Shown: positions 12,076 through 25,321, counted from the first letter of the whole stretch. The stretch: 63,942 bases of DNA, filler included, from Reticulomyxa filosa (GCA_000512085.1; 19 parts of 19 records of this genome joined end to end with filler, not necessarily neighbours in it); one strand, 5' to 3'. A program made the numbers and translations. Notes: generated by a model not told the origin, from the letters alone.

Positions 12076-12615
12076 ATGCAAAGAAACGGCAATTCTGAGT
12101 ATAAAAAGGTGCAATCGAGAACAAACGACACAGCAATAATAGCAAAAGAGAATTTGACAGAAGAAGAAGAAAGAAGACAAAGTGTGCATGAGAGTACTAG
12201 TGAAGTGAATGTGGACATCCACACGAGCAACAGAAGCAAGAGTAGATCCTCAAAAAAAAAACGAAGCCATTCGCAAAAAAAAGTGGAGGCTACGTCCTCA
12301 TCGCGTGGGAGCTACAAAACGTCGCTAGCACATTATTTTAGTACCATGGTGGTGACCTTTATTCTGCTCATTTTGGCAGGGACAGCAGTGTTATTTATCT
12401 GGTCCAACCAAAGTGACGGCGCAAAAGTGCGGTTAACTGTGAATCCAATCTTCAGTGCCATCAAGCAACCGAACACGACAAATTGTGTCGACACGACGTC
12501 GACATTTTTGGCTTCACTTTTGGGGCAAGACAGCCACTACAGTAGTTATTTAAAAAAAAAGACATATACACAAGTATACATATATATGTATATATATATA
12601 ATTATCACTTTTTAG
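12076..12615 (+). CDS. Hypothetical single-pass membrane protein, 3'-partial
   Basis: Hydrophilic N-terminus then TM segment MVVTFILLILAGTAVLFIW; ORF runs into an AT-repeat intron. Confidence 0.55.
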   Translation: MQRNGNSEYKKVQSRTNDTAIIAKENLTEEEERRQSVHESTSEVNVDIHTSNRSKSRSSKKKRSHSQKKVEATSSSRGSYKTSLAHYFSTMVVTFILLILAGTAVLFIWSNQSDGAKVRLTVNPIFSAIKQPNTTNCVDTTSTFLASLLGQDSHYSSYLKKKTYTQVYIYMYIYIIITF

Positions 12616-13379
12616 TGATTTTTGTTTTGATCTATCCTTTTGCAAAGCGGAAGGGGAAGGAAGATATTATGTTTGTACGTGTGTCCCACATGCTTTTTTT
12701 TTTTTTTTTTTNNNNNNNNNNNNNNNNNNNNNNNNNNNNNNNNNNNNNNNNNNNNTTAATTAATTAANNNNNNNNNNNNNNNNNNNNNNNNNNNNNNNNN
12801 NNNNNNNNNNNAACAAATTTTTTCTTTACCTCAGGTAATTGCATCGATTTATGTTTGGTAATGATACAATTCTTATTCTCAGATAATTTTGAGCAAAAGA
12901 TAATGCTGTTGCTTTGAAAAAACAAAGCAATTATTTTAATTTTGTTTACAGATTTTTTTGAGGGTACAGAATCGCGGTAGTTGCTACTTTATTTTCTACG
13001 GTCAAGAGAAAGTAACTTTTTTTTTTTTGCGGCGTCAAGGTTTATCAAATTGTACCTTATCTTTTGTTTTTCCGCCAACGAGAAAAAAAAAAATACAAAA
13101 TTATCTGATACTTTGTATACGTGACAAAGCAATAATTTTTTTTTCTTTGGGTGAGATATGTATAATCGACAAGCGCATGTCTGGATTTGAAGCTGAAGCA
13201 GAATAATAATAAAAAGGACATCGTTTGTTGTCACTAATTTGCTGATGCTGAGGTTTTTCATTTTCCGGTATGGCAGCAATTGCTTCTTGTCTCTTGCTGC
13301 TTTTATTGGAAGATACATTCGCTTCTTCTTTTTTTTTTTCCTTTTCATTTCCATTTTTTTTTATCTTTATTTTTATCTG

Positions 13380-13913
13380 GAAAAGTATAAATATCATCAT
13401 ATTCGCTCAGCTAGTCCCATTCTTTTGATGTTCGTGTTTTTCCAATCATCGTTGTTCATATCTAATTTTTTTTTGTCGATGTCATCCTTATCGATAAACT
13501 TTTTCAATCAATTTTACATGATATCTTTTTTTTTTTGTCCCCCTTTTTTTTTTTGAGCGGAAAGACGCAATATTGAACTGTGAATGTATATATGTAGATA
13601 CCAACAAAAAAAGAACTTTGTGATTCTTTGGCCAATCAATGAGCCCGCCATGCATTCGAGGCTTTTCTTTTGTCTAAAAAAAGACACCACTCTTTCGATT
13701 AAATAATGGGCTGTCTTTGAATTAGAATCAAGTTCCGATTTCCAGTAAATCCATCCTGTTTGCTTCTGAAGTGGCACTGAAACTTAGACCTTCTCGCGTT
13801 AGTTGTACTTTCAAGTCTTTGTTAACCACATCTGCTAAACCTATCTTCACAAAGACGCTCTTTTTATCTTGGGCCCGTAAAAAATTCTGAGTCAATGGTT
13901 TTGCTATTGCCAT
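13380..13913 (-). pseudogene. p23/CS-domain (Hsp90 co-chaperone-like) pseudogene
   Basis: RAQDKKSVFVKIGLADV..KVQLTREGLSFSA (p23 WAQ changed to RAQ); later ID*KKFIDKDD matches VDWxKWxDED with TGA in place of Trp; frameshifts in between. Confidence 0.55.
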
Positions 13914-14639
13914 TCTCTCCTTTTTTCAAAATCTAGTTTCCCCCTGAAAAAAAAATTCTTTATGACCACAAAAAGGACGAGAATACAAGTTATTGTGCAA
14001 AAATGTAAAAAAACGTTGAGTTATTTTTTTAATTGTGAAAACTTGCGTTTTGATAAAGTAATAATAATGAACACCGTAATTTGTTAAAAAAACTCTAGCT
14101 TTGAGAAAAAAACTGGTCATCGGTTTAAAAATTCCATTTAAAATTAGCTTGTTGAAGAAAAGAGATAGTTAGTAGCTGACCATGTTCNNNNNNNNNNNNN
14201 NNNNNNNNNNNNNNNNNNNNNNNNNNNNNNNTTAATTAATTAANNNNNNNNNNNNNNNNNNNNNNNNNNNNNNNNNNNNNNNNNNNNAAGTGTTTTTGTT
14301 TGAAAAGTTTAAGTAAAAGAAAAGTAAGATGATATTAAACTTGTTTGGTTTGATCGAATGCAAGCATTTGAAAGATTTGTTCTATCTTACTTTATTGTTT
14401 AAAAAATTTGAAAAAGCTGCGTTCAATGTTTTTCAAAGAATTCAAAAGTATAATAAATAAAAATTGTATTAAATATCAAATAAATTGCAAGATATTCAAG
14501 TGTTGTGTTTTCTTCATTGCAAACTACTAATTTTTTGATTGTTTTTTGTATAGTATGGAATACTCAAAACAGAACAAAGTAAAAACAATATTTTCTCCTG
14601 AAGCAAGATATGATCTTTATATCACTTGGGCATGAAATT

Positions 14640-15130
14640 AAGTTCCAAAATTATGTTTAAATAATAATATTAACTTGAAAGACCAAAGAAACGATATCAT
14701 AGAAAATCTTTGAAAATAAAGATGTTTTTAATGAAGGAAAAAAATAATAAATCAAAAAACTTTATTCACATATGTTCATCCCCAAACATAAATTTGGCCT
14801 TTGATTGAATCATCATTTTTTAATTAAATTTCAGTAAGTTGATTATTCTAATTAATGAGGTATTTAAATGTTCATTCATGCTTTTTATTTTTCCTTTAAA
14901 ATCACATATGAAATTCAGTTTATTAATTTATATTTAAAAGTTGTTTTTACTTTAATATGTTGTAATTGTTGTTAGGGAATTGTTTTGGACAATGCTCTCC
15001 TGCAATCAGTGTTTCATTCATATCTTCATGTTAAATACAATTGATTTCGACTGGTATATCCTTAAGATAAATTGTTTATTCTTTGTTTCATCAATTTGCC
15101 TCTCTTTCGCACTTAATTGTTTTGCCTATT
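14640..15130 (-). pseudogene. Degenerate TRAF/RING-like zinc-finger family fragment
   Basis: ICDFKGKIKSMNEHL at ~14865-14910 within a frame broken by stops. Confidence 0.5.
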
Positions 15131-15429
15131 TGAAAAATAAAAGAATGACAGATGTATTCAAATTGCATCAGTAAAAAAATTTAAGACAAAACATTTTAAA
15201 ACAAATACCAAAATGAATTGATATTTATGACAGATTTTCTTCATGAGAAAAAAAGAAATAATTTAAGAAGTATATTTGAACATACTCAAATGGCGAAAAT
15301 ATATTTGAAGGGAAAATGATTTATAGATATTTTAAATTATATTTCTTCATCAAAAAATCAACTAACTTTAATTCATTATACTGTATTTATAATAATTTTA
15401 TCAAAATTATTGATCTATCATTTTATCGT

Positions 15430-15618
15430 CTAGTCCTCTAAGTGATTGTGTATACGATTGTCTTCTTCATTCAATATTGCAACGCAATCAAACAATGGAT
15501 TGAGCAAGGTGTTTTCAAATATCGTCCATGTATTTTCTCGAATTGAATACTTGCACACTGATTTCGAATAAATCAAATTACTATAATTTACAATATCCAC
15601 TAAAGAACAAAATGACAT
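15430..15618 (-). pseudogene. Kelch-repeat family fragment
   Basis: KYSIRENTWTIFENTLLNPLFDCVAILNEED, closely similar to 49172-49627 and 58070-58190; ends abruptly. Confidence 0.65.
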
Positions 15619-15795
15619 NNNNNNNNNNNNNNNNNNNNNNNNNNNNNNNNNNNNNNNNNNNNTTAATTAATTAANNNNNNNNNNNNNNNNNNNNNNNNNN
15701 NNNNNNNNNNNNNNNNNNATATATATATATATGTATGTATATCACGTGACATATGATAGCTAAGCAAATCCGATCCGACAGATCACCAAAAAAAA

Positions 15796-18294
15796 ATGCA
15801 TCGGCTATGGGATAGCAACATGCCAATGCTGACACATGCCCAAGATGTGGAAGTCCTTCCTGACGAGGATGGCGTCGAGCATACCGAAATACTCAAAGTG
15901 ATCCGGAAGGAATTGTCTTCCATCATCGAAAACTTGACCGAAATAAAATTGCGTCGATTGCAAAACATAAAGGAATATTGGGATAAAAATGTTCACGACT
16001 CAAATAAACTCGCCGACGTGGAAAAAGAGTTTACAGAGACCGAAGAGGAGCTCGCACAATGGCGTAGGGATCGGTCGCTGCATGAAGAGCAAGAGCAAAA
16101 AATTGAGCGCAGGAAATCGCTTGTTGCAAGTGGCATTGCCACACCCTTGGATTTTGCTGTGGATGAAGAGCTTGAACAGACTTTTGAGGAATACGATCCA
16201 AAGGAGGACTTTACTATTGTCAAAGGCAGATTTGTCGGTTTAGTTTTGTTTTTTTTTTTTTTGCTTCTTTTAGGAGGACAATAATAATATAATTGATATT
16301 GTATATCTTTTGGCCACGGGGGAAAAGATTTAAACCGACTGTACTGGCTGGAAGATCAAATTGTTTCACAAAGATTCGAACATTATTATCAGGGTATCAA
16401 TACGGCCATGAGAGAGCGTGCTCGAACAATCGAGACATTTGAACATCAAATGGTTCAAATGAAAAATCTGTTTAGCAACAGACCTAGTCAGGAACTCACC
16501 CAACTTTCAGGTGGAGATTTCAGTTCACAAGAGTCGGAAGGTGAAATTATACAAATGGATGATAAGGATCCCACAAAAGAAAACAAGCATGGCTCCGATA
16601 ATCCTGTCCCCCAATCCAAATCACATGCCCATAACCCACCTGTTTCAAGGGAAGAAGAGGATGAAATTGTGTTCATCGACGATGATGACAAAAATGATAA
16701 CAATGACAATGACAATAACAATAACAATAACAGTAACAACGACAATGACAAGGCCAAAGGGCCACAAGAGCAAAGAGATAACAAAAAAGAAGCAGATGTG
16801 AATGAAGAAAACGATAATGAAAGGGAAAATATTGTAAATGAGGACGACATTGCACTTGGAGATGATATCCAAAGTGATGAACAAAAAAAACTGCAAACAA
16901 AAATGAAATTGGAATTGCGACGATTCACAGAGACTCACCAAAAAGAAGTGGACACATTTATTTACCAAATCCAAAGAAAAGATAAGCAAATACAAACTCA
17001 AAAAGAGCATATCAATAATTTAGAGCAACAAGTCCATCAAGTTGAGTTAGTTTTCTTCTCGCCTTTTATGTATGTGTGTGTGTGTTCGCGTCCTTGAAAA
17101 ATGTGCAAAAACAAAATTAAAGCAAAACAAAACAAAAAAAAAAATCTGGACTCACTCTTACTTCTCCCCCTCCAGCAACGAGAATGACGAAATAACACCC
17201 AAACAAACAGCTCAAACAATATGTGCATGCATCGCAAAGTGATTTGGATAACTTCAAATCCAAGATGAGCGTGCGAATGAGTAACGCCGATATCTCACAA
17301 GAATTGAGGCAATTGAATACCGCAAACATGGAAACATCCGGACACAATAGAGACAGTACTAATACTGATCATTACTCCAATATCCAAACGTCATTCCAAC
17401 AAGGTTTTTTTTTTCTTTTTCTTTTCTTTTTTTTCCGCCTATTCAGACCTACTCGTTGTATGTGTTGACACTTGAAACATTACAAGTTGGACTACTCGAC
17501 TCTCAAAACGAGCAGGAGTCACCGATCAAAGAAACCGATTTTCAACCTGTTAGTGGAGGCTACATGTCACTACAAAACTCGGCAGAAAAAAACGGTCGAA
17601 GAGACACCGAAGTGGATTCCATGCGATCAGAGGAAAATGACAACGATAACAATGACGATCGCGATAATAATGAAAACGATAATGACGACGGCGACGAAAA
17701 AGGCACGCTCGAACAACAAATACATGCCACTATGGCTCCTATCGATGTCAAAAACACTATTATTGAAAAGCTCCAACGCAATGTACAAGAGCTGGAACAC
17801 AAGCTCGAAGATTTGACCCGTTCCAAACTTGAATTAATCAATAACACCTGTTTACAAATGGAAAAGCTAAGAGATCAAATTACGGCTGTTAATCAATATG
17901 CCATGACACAACAGAAAAGTGATGTTAAGTTGGAGAGACAAACAAAACGCAAATAAAAATAATAAATAATGTGAGAAAGATTTCATTTTCATAGTATTTC
18001 AATCCCAAACTGAAACATAATAATCAAACAAAAGAAAACATTTCTCTTTTTTTTTTTTTGGAAATAAAAAAGTCAATAAGATTTGGAGATGATAAAAAAG
18101 AAACGGCATCTCCTTCATCATGGTTTTCATTTAGCCGCTCCAAGTTCTCGTCTCCGGCGTTAAAATATGAAGCTCAAGATGTTGCCAAGTCAAAAATCAA
18201 ATTGGTTAATGACACGGACCAAGAAATCAGCCGATTGCGTGGCATCATCAAAGTCCTCGGTAAGCAATTGGATACCAAAAACAAATCGGGATGA
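15796..18294 (+). CDS. Multi-exon coiled-coil / acidic low-complexity protein
   Basis: Consecutive same-strand ORFs (15796-16284, 16408-17097, 17223-17468, 17456-17956, 18058-18294) separated by T-rich introns; ends KQLDTKNKSG*. Confidence 0.7.
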
Positions 18295-19025
18295 AGATCG
18301 ATATCTTCTCCACGTTTCACTTTTCATCTTTTCGAAATGTCAATAATACATGGAAATCATATTGGAAGAAAAAAATGCTGTTTTGTAACTTTCTGTGGCT
18401 AAAAAAGTTGTTTCCAAAATGATTTTGTAAGGCCTTTGCTTTGAAAGTTTTTTTTTCTTTTGGTTGCCTTTTTTTTTCCCCTTTGAAAAAAAAAAGTTGC
18501 TTATTTTGCAAGTTTTTTTTGTTTTGTTTTTTTTTTTTTTTACAATTTGTGAAGACCATGCTGTCTTGTTTATTATTTTGTGAATTTTTTTTGACAACGA
18601 TTCTGTTTGTTGGTTTTGTTTCTCAACTGTTCTCTTCTCATCCTTGTGCAGCAAATGCAATGCGTTCAATCCCAAGAATTTTTCTTGTGGTGTAAAAACG
18701 ACATTTTACAATACTCAGCTCTCTTTCATCTTATGCATATACACAAATCAAGCAATTTGTCGTCGATATTTTTCAATAAACAGACAGGCGTGCATTTATC
18801 CTTTTTTTAAATAGGCAAAAAAGGCATGTGGAATAATTTGAACTAAATTATATCAATTATTTTTTAAATGCTATACAATTGAAGACGCTGTTTTGTTGTT
18901 GAGCTTGAATTTCCTGACAGATGTTCTAATCTTTTTCTACCTCTTTTTTGAACGAAAACAGCACCAATATGCAAGAGAAATGTGCAAGTTTTTGCCACGT
19001 AAATAACAAAAAAAAAAGAATTACA

Positions 19026-20189
19026 ATGACGTCTTCTCAACGTCCTCCACCTCCTCGAGGAAAGACAAGCAAAAGTCGTCAAACCACTCCAGCGACCACC
19101 CCGCAGACAAGGACCCCTACATATCAGCCCTCACTTGACCAGATTACTAGTGTCGCAGAAACCTCAGTCGTATTGCATCCAAAAGATGACCAAAATTTCA
19201 TTGCGTTTTCGGTGATAACAGCAACAGAGAGAATATCATCTCCCAATGATATAAGTTATTATTATTTTTTTTTGTAATAAAAAAAGAATTTGGTTCATAT
19301 CAATCAAAAGAAAAAAAAAATTATCTTTGCTTTCCCTCCTCCCTGCTTTCTATATACATGAAAAAAAATGTATATGTGTTGCAACATTGAATATCCATAC
19401 AAACATGCAATCAAAGACAAAGAGAGTGGCAATAAACCGCAGCTTGGTGACAAAAAGATGCATGGAGAAAATGAGACATTGCCGTTATACAATGGCCTTC
19501 GAGATGACTCGAGAAATAGTCCATTGTCGAGATACGATGTGAGTAACGACAATGACAATGACAACTCTGATCCATCCCCGACGTCGAAACCTCCAATCAT
19601 CGATCGCCCATTGTATGGCAATGCAAATCACAATGAAGAAGAAGATGGAGACAAAGGGGATGATGAAAGATCAATCATTACAAAAGAGGACAGATCTAGT
19701 TCCAATAGTCCAACAGTTCCTGCAATGGACCCAAGTATGTTTGGATCACCTCCAGAGGAAGAAAAAGAAGAAAATAATCACGACAATGACAATACTAATG
19801 ATAATGTCATCACTGTTACTACGAATACTAATCATCATAGTTATAGTAATACTACAAATCACAATTATTACAACCATGGTAAGGATGCCAAAGTGGTAAC
19901 AATCGACCGACAACGGTTCTCATCCGACAACAATGAGACTGTCGAAAGTGTTATATCCTTAAGTGAAACTTGGATGGATGAAAGTAGCATCGCATTGCAA
20001 AAGAAGGCGAATGAAACGGAAAGCGAGCCAGTGACAGCAATTGCGAATGATGAAGACAGTCCTCCTCCTCCAATGACACCAAAATGGGAAACATTTGCAC
20101 CACTGCCTGTGCCATTGTCAAAGTTGAATATGGCCTATGCGCCATCACATGACCAAGAGAATAGCATCAATGGACATTGGCATTATGAC

Positions 20190-20231
<42 letters not shown>
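19026..20231 (+). CDS. Hypothetical Asn/Asp/Pro-rich disordered protein, 3'-partial
   Basis: Two large exon ORFs; contig breaks in an (AAT)n tract. Confidence 0.6.
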
Positions 20232-20351
20232 NNNNNNNNNNNNNNNNNNNNNNNNNNNNNNNNNNNNNNNNNNNNTTAATTAATTAANNNNNNNNNNNNN
20301 NNNNNNNNNNNNNNNNNNNNNNNNNNNNNNNAAAAAAAAACATCATTTCCA

Positions 20352-20804
20352 TTATGCAATTGGTTTCAAACGTATGATAATATGCGATCCTAAAAAAAAC
20401 AAAACACACATAAAAATAATAAATAATATAAATAAATAATATAAATAAATTATATACATACCACTATCAGTATGAACAATTCCAGAAATTTCACCAATTT
20501 TAAGAGCAGCAGTAGCTTGACTAAAAGGTTTTTGCATTTCTTCAAATCTAAAATTTTTTAAATCTCCACCACTTGAATAACTTCCACAATCAGAATATTT
20601 TTGTGCATATTCTGCAAATGCTTTTTCAGGATCAGAGCTTAATTTTATTTTTTCAAGATATCCTTGTAATATTTTATCTGCATCTTCAACAGAACGCTTT
20701 TTAATGTCTTCTTTGTTTGAAGGATTTCGTGAAACTGGATTTCGAGAGTTTTTATGCTTCACTAATAAATGACGTGCTCTTAAAACGTCTGTTGATTGAG
20801 CCAT
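20352..20804 (-). CDS. PIN1: Pin1-type parvulin peptidyl-prolyl isomerase without WW domain (exons 20804-20462 and 20389-20352)
   Basis: RARHLLVKHKNSRNP, YSDCGSYSSGGDL, MQKPF, GEISGIVHTDSG|SHIIIR; 72-nt GTATGT..TTAG intron at 20390-20461. Confidence 0.9.
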   Translation of the reverse strand: MAQSTDVLRARHLLVKHKNSRNPVSRNPSNKEDIKKRSVEDADKILQGYLEKIKLSSDPEKAFAEYAQKYSDCGSYSSGGDLKNFRFEEMQKPFSQATAALKIGEISGIVHTDSGMYIIYLYYLFILFIIFMCVLFFLGSHIIIRLKPIA

Positions 20805-21278
20805 TCTTTCAAAGATTTTTAACTAAGAAAATTTTAAGAGTAGTCAACTTCAAAATGTCTTCTTAAAAAGAAGGAAACACGTTCAGTTGTGTATACGTAA
20901 ACACAACTCTTCAAGTTTGTCTTTCAGGTGTTGCTCTTAAATAATCTAAATAAAAATCCTGCTGTCTTGGGCTTATCGAAAAAACGCTGTTATGCTGGTT
21001 CATACTATAATTTATTATTTTAAGGTGTTCAAGTTGGAAATAGTTTTAATCCTTTTCATCTTGTATTTTTTGGTTTTGTTTTGCAAACTAATTGTATCTC
21101 CACTTGAAAGTACAGTAAAAAATAAATTTCTTTTTCATTACAATTCATTCCTTTTCCAAATAAATTAAAAAAGAGGTCAACTTCTTTGGTCACAAAGCGT
21201 TATGCCCTTCGACGAGTTTTCCTTTAAAGATAATAATAAAAATAAATTATCTCCCATCTTTCAAAGTGATCAATAAAT

Positions 21279-22242
21279 ATGAAAAGATATCTCCTACACA
21301 TACAGAATTGGTTTTCAAGGCCACACACTCGAAGAGGAAATGTAGCGAATGTACTTCGGTGGCGGTTTAAAGGGCAATGGAAAGTAGGCGAAGACAAGAT
21401 AGGCAACCAGTATTATTTGTTTCAACCATACAAAAGTGAGTTGAAGGTACCTTTCTTTTTTTACATGCATCTCTTTTGTTTGGATTGTTACACTTATCGT
21501 TTGATATTTTAAACTCTGTCTTCGAAATAGTGAAAAAAAAATGCCTTAGCGTGTATTTTTTTTTGAAAAGATACTCCCATTCGGAGAATGGCACTATACA
21601 AAGACGGACAATATGGTTCGGATAGTGTTCCATTCTTATGGTTTCAATGGTTGCGATATCAAAGGGATTTCCCTCCAACAGAAGAGGAATTGACTGAATA
21701 CGACGAGTACTTGCGAACAATAAAAAAAAAGGGAGAGGAATGGGCAGAGAAAGATAGGTTGGAGCGTGAAACGAATAAAGATTTTTATCAAAGCCAAAGG
21801 AAAGCAGAAGATGAAGTTCAGAAACGAATAAATCAACGCTTGCATCAAGAGGTTATTGGACTATTTGCTGCTCGAGAGAAAGCCATACGCATTGCCGCCG
21901 AGAATAAAGTCAAAAAAATGAAAGAACACCAACAAGCAATGGAAAAGTTTGAACTCAGTCAACAAAGTTTTGTTTTGTCTTTCAATAATATGCATATATT
22001 ATATATAAGATATATATCTTATGTATGGTATATGTTAACTTATGGCTCATGTTTTCTCTGTTTTGTGTTGTTATGAAAAAGAACAAGAACTGGAAAGTGA
22101 ATGGGAATCACCAAAAAAAGAAAGTGAAAAACCAGTTGAACAACAATATCAACCACATGCGTGGAGACCCAATGTACAATCAGAAAAATCTGACGAAGAT
22201 GTCAAGGATGAAGAAATATTTACTCCACCACCGAAACGGTAG
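21279..22242 (+). CDS. NDUFA12-family protein, probably complex I assembly factor NDUFAF2-like; three exons
   Basis: VGEDKIGNQYY..., VPFLWFQWLRYQRDFPPTEEE, C-terminal YQPHAWRP. Confidence 0.75.
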
Positions 22243-22999
22243 GAAAGAATGTCTGCCACAATTCATATCACTTTGTTATAGCACTGTGAAATAAATAACG
22301 AATAAACCACAAAAATTAAAAAAGATCTTCTTAATTTTAAGCTTTAATCGTTTTGCATCCAAATACTGATCTTGTGAAAATGTATTTATCTATTCCCCCT
22401 CATTGTTGGGTTTACACGGAACATATAAACACTGCAGCAATTCTCACATACTTTTCTTTTGTTTTCACTTATCTTTGGTTAGCTTCTTGCAAACTGAATT
22501 TTTTAAAACCTTCACAACAAAATATTTTTTAATATGATCAAAATCGGGAATAGCTTCGAAAAGTTTAAAAATTGCGTGTTTTTATATAGATTACTGTTGT
22601 TGAAACATATGCTTGTTTTTTATTGGAGCTAGATGATTATGATTGAAACTTGAGAAAACCACGAGTGCAAATTCAATGATTGAACGGTTACTTCCGTCAT
22701 TGATATATTATATATTCGCAAAATAAAACATTTTAAAAACCGTGTGCCATTCTTCGATACAGAAAAAAAGCAAAGTCATCTCCCTCTTAGCCTCATGTCC
22801 TAAGGTGGATTGATGGGCTTTGTAGAGCAATGATTAGGGAAACGAGGACGGTAATGCAGAAGAGAGATGAGAGAAAAAAAAAGAGCAAGAAAACAGACAA
22901 ACAAACAAAACAAATCAACCAAAACAAAACAAAACAAAGTGAGATGGTTTATACAAAAATAGGTACGACAATTCACTATTGAGCGATAGAAATACAGTG

Positions 23000-24301
23000 T
23001 CACCAAAAATTAGAGCGTCTTTTAGCACTTTGTGAGTTTTCAATCAGCACATCAATTTTTTCTTGGACAGCGCCCAAATCGACCCCAGCCCTCCAAATAT
23101 CGCGTTTGCTCATATCGGTATCGCGAGTGGAAGCGATTTCCAGAGCGAGTTCTTCAAGCCTTTCTTCAAACTCACTCAAAACCAAGCGAATATTTTCGAA
23201 TTGATCGGACTTGGTAATGGCAGGGTTTTGAGACAAGCCCCTGGCCCGTTCAAAGTTTTTCCGCAGTTCCTCCATTTCTTTTCTGATTTCGCGTAACTCG
23301 ATCAAGTTGACTTTGCGTTCGTTGGTTTCATTGGCGCGAACGAATTTGCCACTTCCAAGACGACTTTGAGGACGATTGCGATCTTTGAAGTTGACCGGGA
23401 CAATCAGTTGTGGCAACTTGGTCAAGTCGGTACCTTTTTTGTGCAGCGCGACCAACTGGTTGAGGCCAATCACCCACATGTCGCACTCATCGGTACTTTT
23501 GGCGACCAAGTCCAAGGATTTGAAATCGAACGCGAACACAATGGAAAACGAGGCTTTCTCCAGCGCAGGTTGTTGGAACCTGCGAAACACTTGCGTCTCT
23601 TGGCCCTTCAGAACGTCTTTGATCTCCTTCACCAAAATGCGGGTCGTCTCCATTTTTTTTTTGCGACTGTACCATTGGATTGACAGGTTGTCCGCGGACA
23701 GTTGGATATACTTGAAATGAGGCACGCCCCGGCGTCGAGGGTATTTCAATAGTGAGGTTCCACGACGCAGTTCAGGAAGTGCATCCATTTGTCCTTTCAA
23801 AGGAGTGGCGGCATTTTCTTTTTCCTTTTCTTTTTCTTTCGTTTGTGTTTTGTTTTGAGCAGATGATGAAGATGACGACGACGATGAGGATGATGATGAT
23901 CCTCCCCCTTGGCTGTTTTTAGTTGGGTTGGTTATACGTGTTTCCTCTTTTTGATCCTTTTCGCCTTTATCCTCATCACTGTTGTCACTATCTTCATTCC
24001 CCTCAGTCAACATTTCACGCAACGTCTTAATTTCGGAATCTTGTATTGGAGTTGGACTCGCCACTTGTCCTTCGTTTATCACCTTCAGACTGGCACGTCC
24101 TTGTTGACTCTGGTCTTGACCTTGACTACTTTTTGTATCTGTCTCGATCGGCTTCACCAGTGATGCCATCGCCTCGAATCCGAAAAACGAATTAAAGTCG
24201 TCGATCGATTCTTGATTGTTGTCATTTGCATGACTGGTTTGTCCCAATATATCAAACAATCCTTGTGTGACTTGCGTGTTCACACTGTTATTCGGATTCA
24301 A
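23000..24301 (-). CDS. PLC-type PH-domain protein with C-terminal coiled coil (further exons probably upstream to ~24900)
   Basis: LRRGTSLLKY..PHFKYIQLSAD..GQETQVFRR..SFSIVF..SLDLVAKSTDECDMWVIGL. Confidence 0.8.
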   Translation of the reverse strand: MNPNNSVNTQVTQGLFDILGQTSHANDNNQESIDDFNSFFGFEAMASLVKPIETDTKSSQGQDQSQQGRASLKVINEGQVASPTPIQDSEIKTLREMLTEGNEDSDNSDEDKGEKDQKEETRITNPTKNSQGGGSSSSSSSSSSSSSAQNKTQTKEKEKEKENAATPLKGQMDALPELRRGTSLLKYPRRRGVPHFKYIQLSADNLSIQWYSRKKKMETTRILVKEIKDVLKGQETQVFRRFQQPALEKASFSIVFAFDFKSLDLVAKSTDECDMWVIGLNQLVALHKKGTDLTKLPQLIVPVNFKDRNRPQSRLGSGKFVRANETNERKVNLIELREIRKEMEELRKNFERARGLSQNPAITKSDQFENIRLVLSEFEERLEELALEIASTRDTDMSKRDIWRAGVDLGAVQEKIDVLIENSQSAKRRSNFW

Positions 24302-25321
24302 TGTCGGTCTTTTATATGTCTCGTTTGCTGTTCCCGTGCCAGCTTCTTTTTCCTTTCTTTCAGTTATACCTCCTCCTGATTCGCCCTGATTTTTTTTTTT
24401 TTTTACCCAGTTATTGTAATGAACTTTTCTTTTCTCCCTTCGTTTTTCGTTGTTGAGTTAATACACATATACAAAAAAAAAAAAAAAAGGGATATCGATA
24501 ATCACCAATTGCAAAAAGCTATTGCTGCGAACGTAACTGAAAATAATCCTAATAAATCGTCCGTTGTTTGGTTGTTATTATTGCTGTCATTGTTCTTATT
24601 TGTCCGTGGAGAAAGCGGTTTTACTTGGCTTGACAATAATTTGGGTGGGGCTGACACCTTTGTTTTTGTTTGTTTTTTTTGGATAGTTTTGTTTTTTTTT
24701 AGGCTGCCTACCACTCGTCACTCTTCCTCTTCTTTCAGAAAAGTATTGCAAACCCTTTTCTCTTTTGATTTTGATCTGACGGCTGTGCGAGGCTGTTCTA
24801 GCATATTCAAAATAATTTATGTATGTTTTTTTATTTGTACGAAACAACACCTTGAAAACGAGTGTGGACTTTCTCACTCTCAAAACACAAACCTTGAGGG
24901 TCAGTTTATTGATTTAAAATATATTTTTGAAAAAAAAAATTTGCTTATTCCTAAAATTCTTAAAGCAAATATATATTGGACCACCTGCACCAAAAGCATC
25001 CTTGAGAATAAAGAAACACTTGCTCTTTTTGTCAACAAAGAGAACAATAAACGTGTCAAGTTCTAAGTTTGATCAACAATCATTGTTTCTTTGCATAAGA
25101 TTTTATGATAAAAATTAAAATTAAACACGAAATATTCTGAATTTGCCAATTTTTTTATTATTAAAAAGGGCAACGCTCTTCACATGAGGGAATATCTTTG
25201 GTTCAGAAAAAGCGTAAATGTTGCCGCAAATGACACGGCAAAGTTGTAACATGCAATTTGGTAACTGAAAAAAGGATGAAATTCAAAAAAACAAAAACAG
25301 GATCAGAATCAAAATCAAAGA

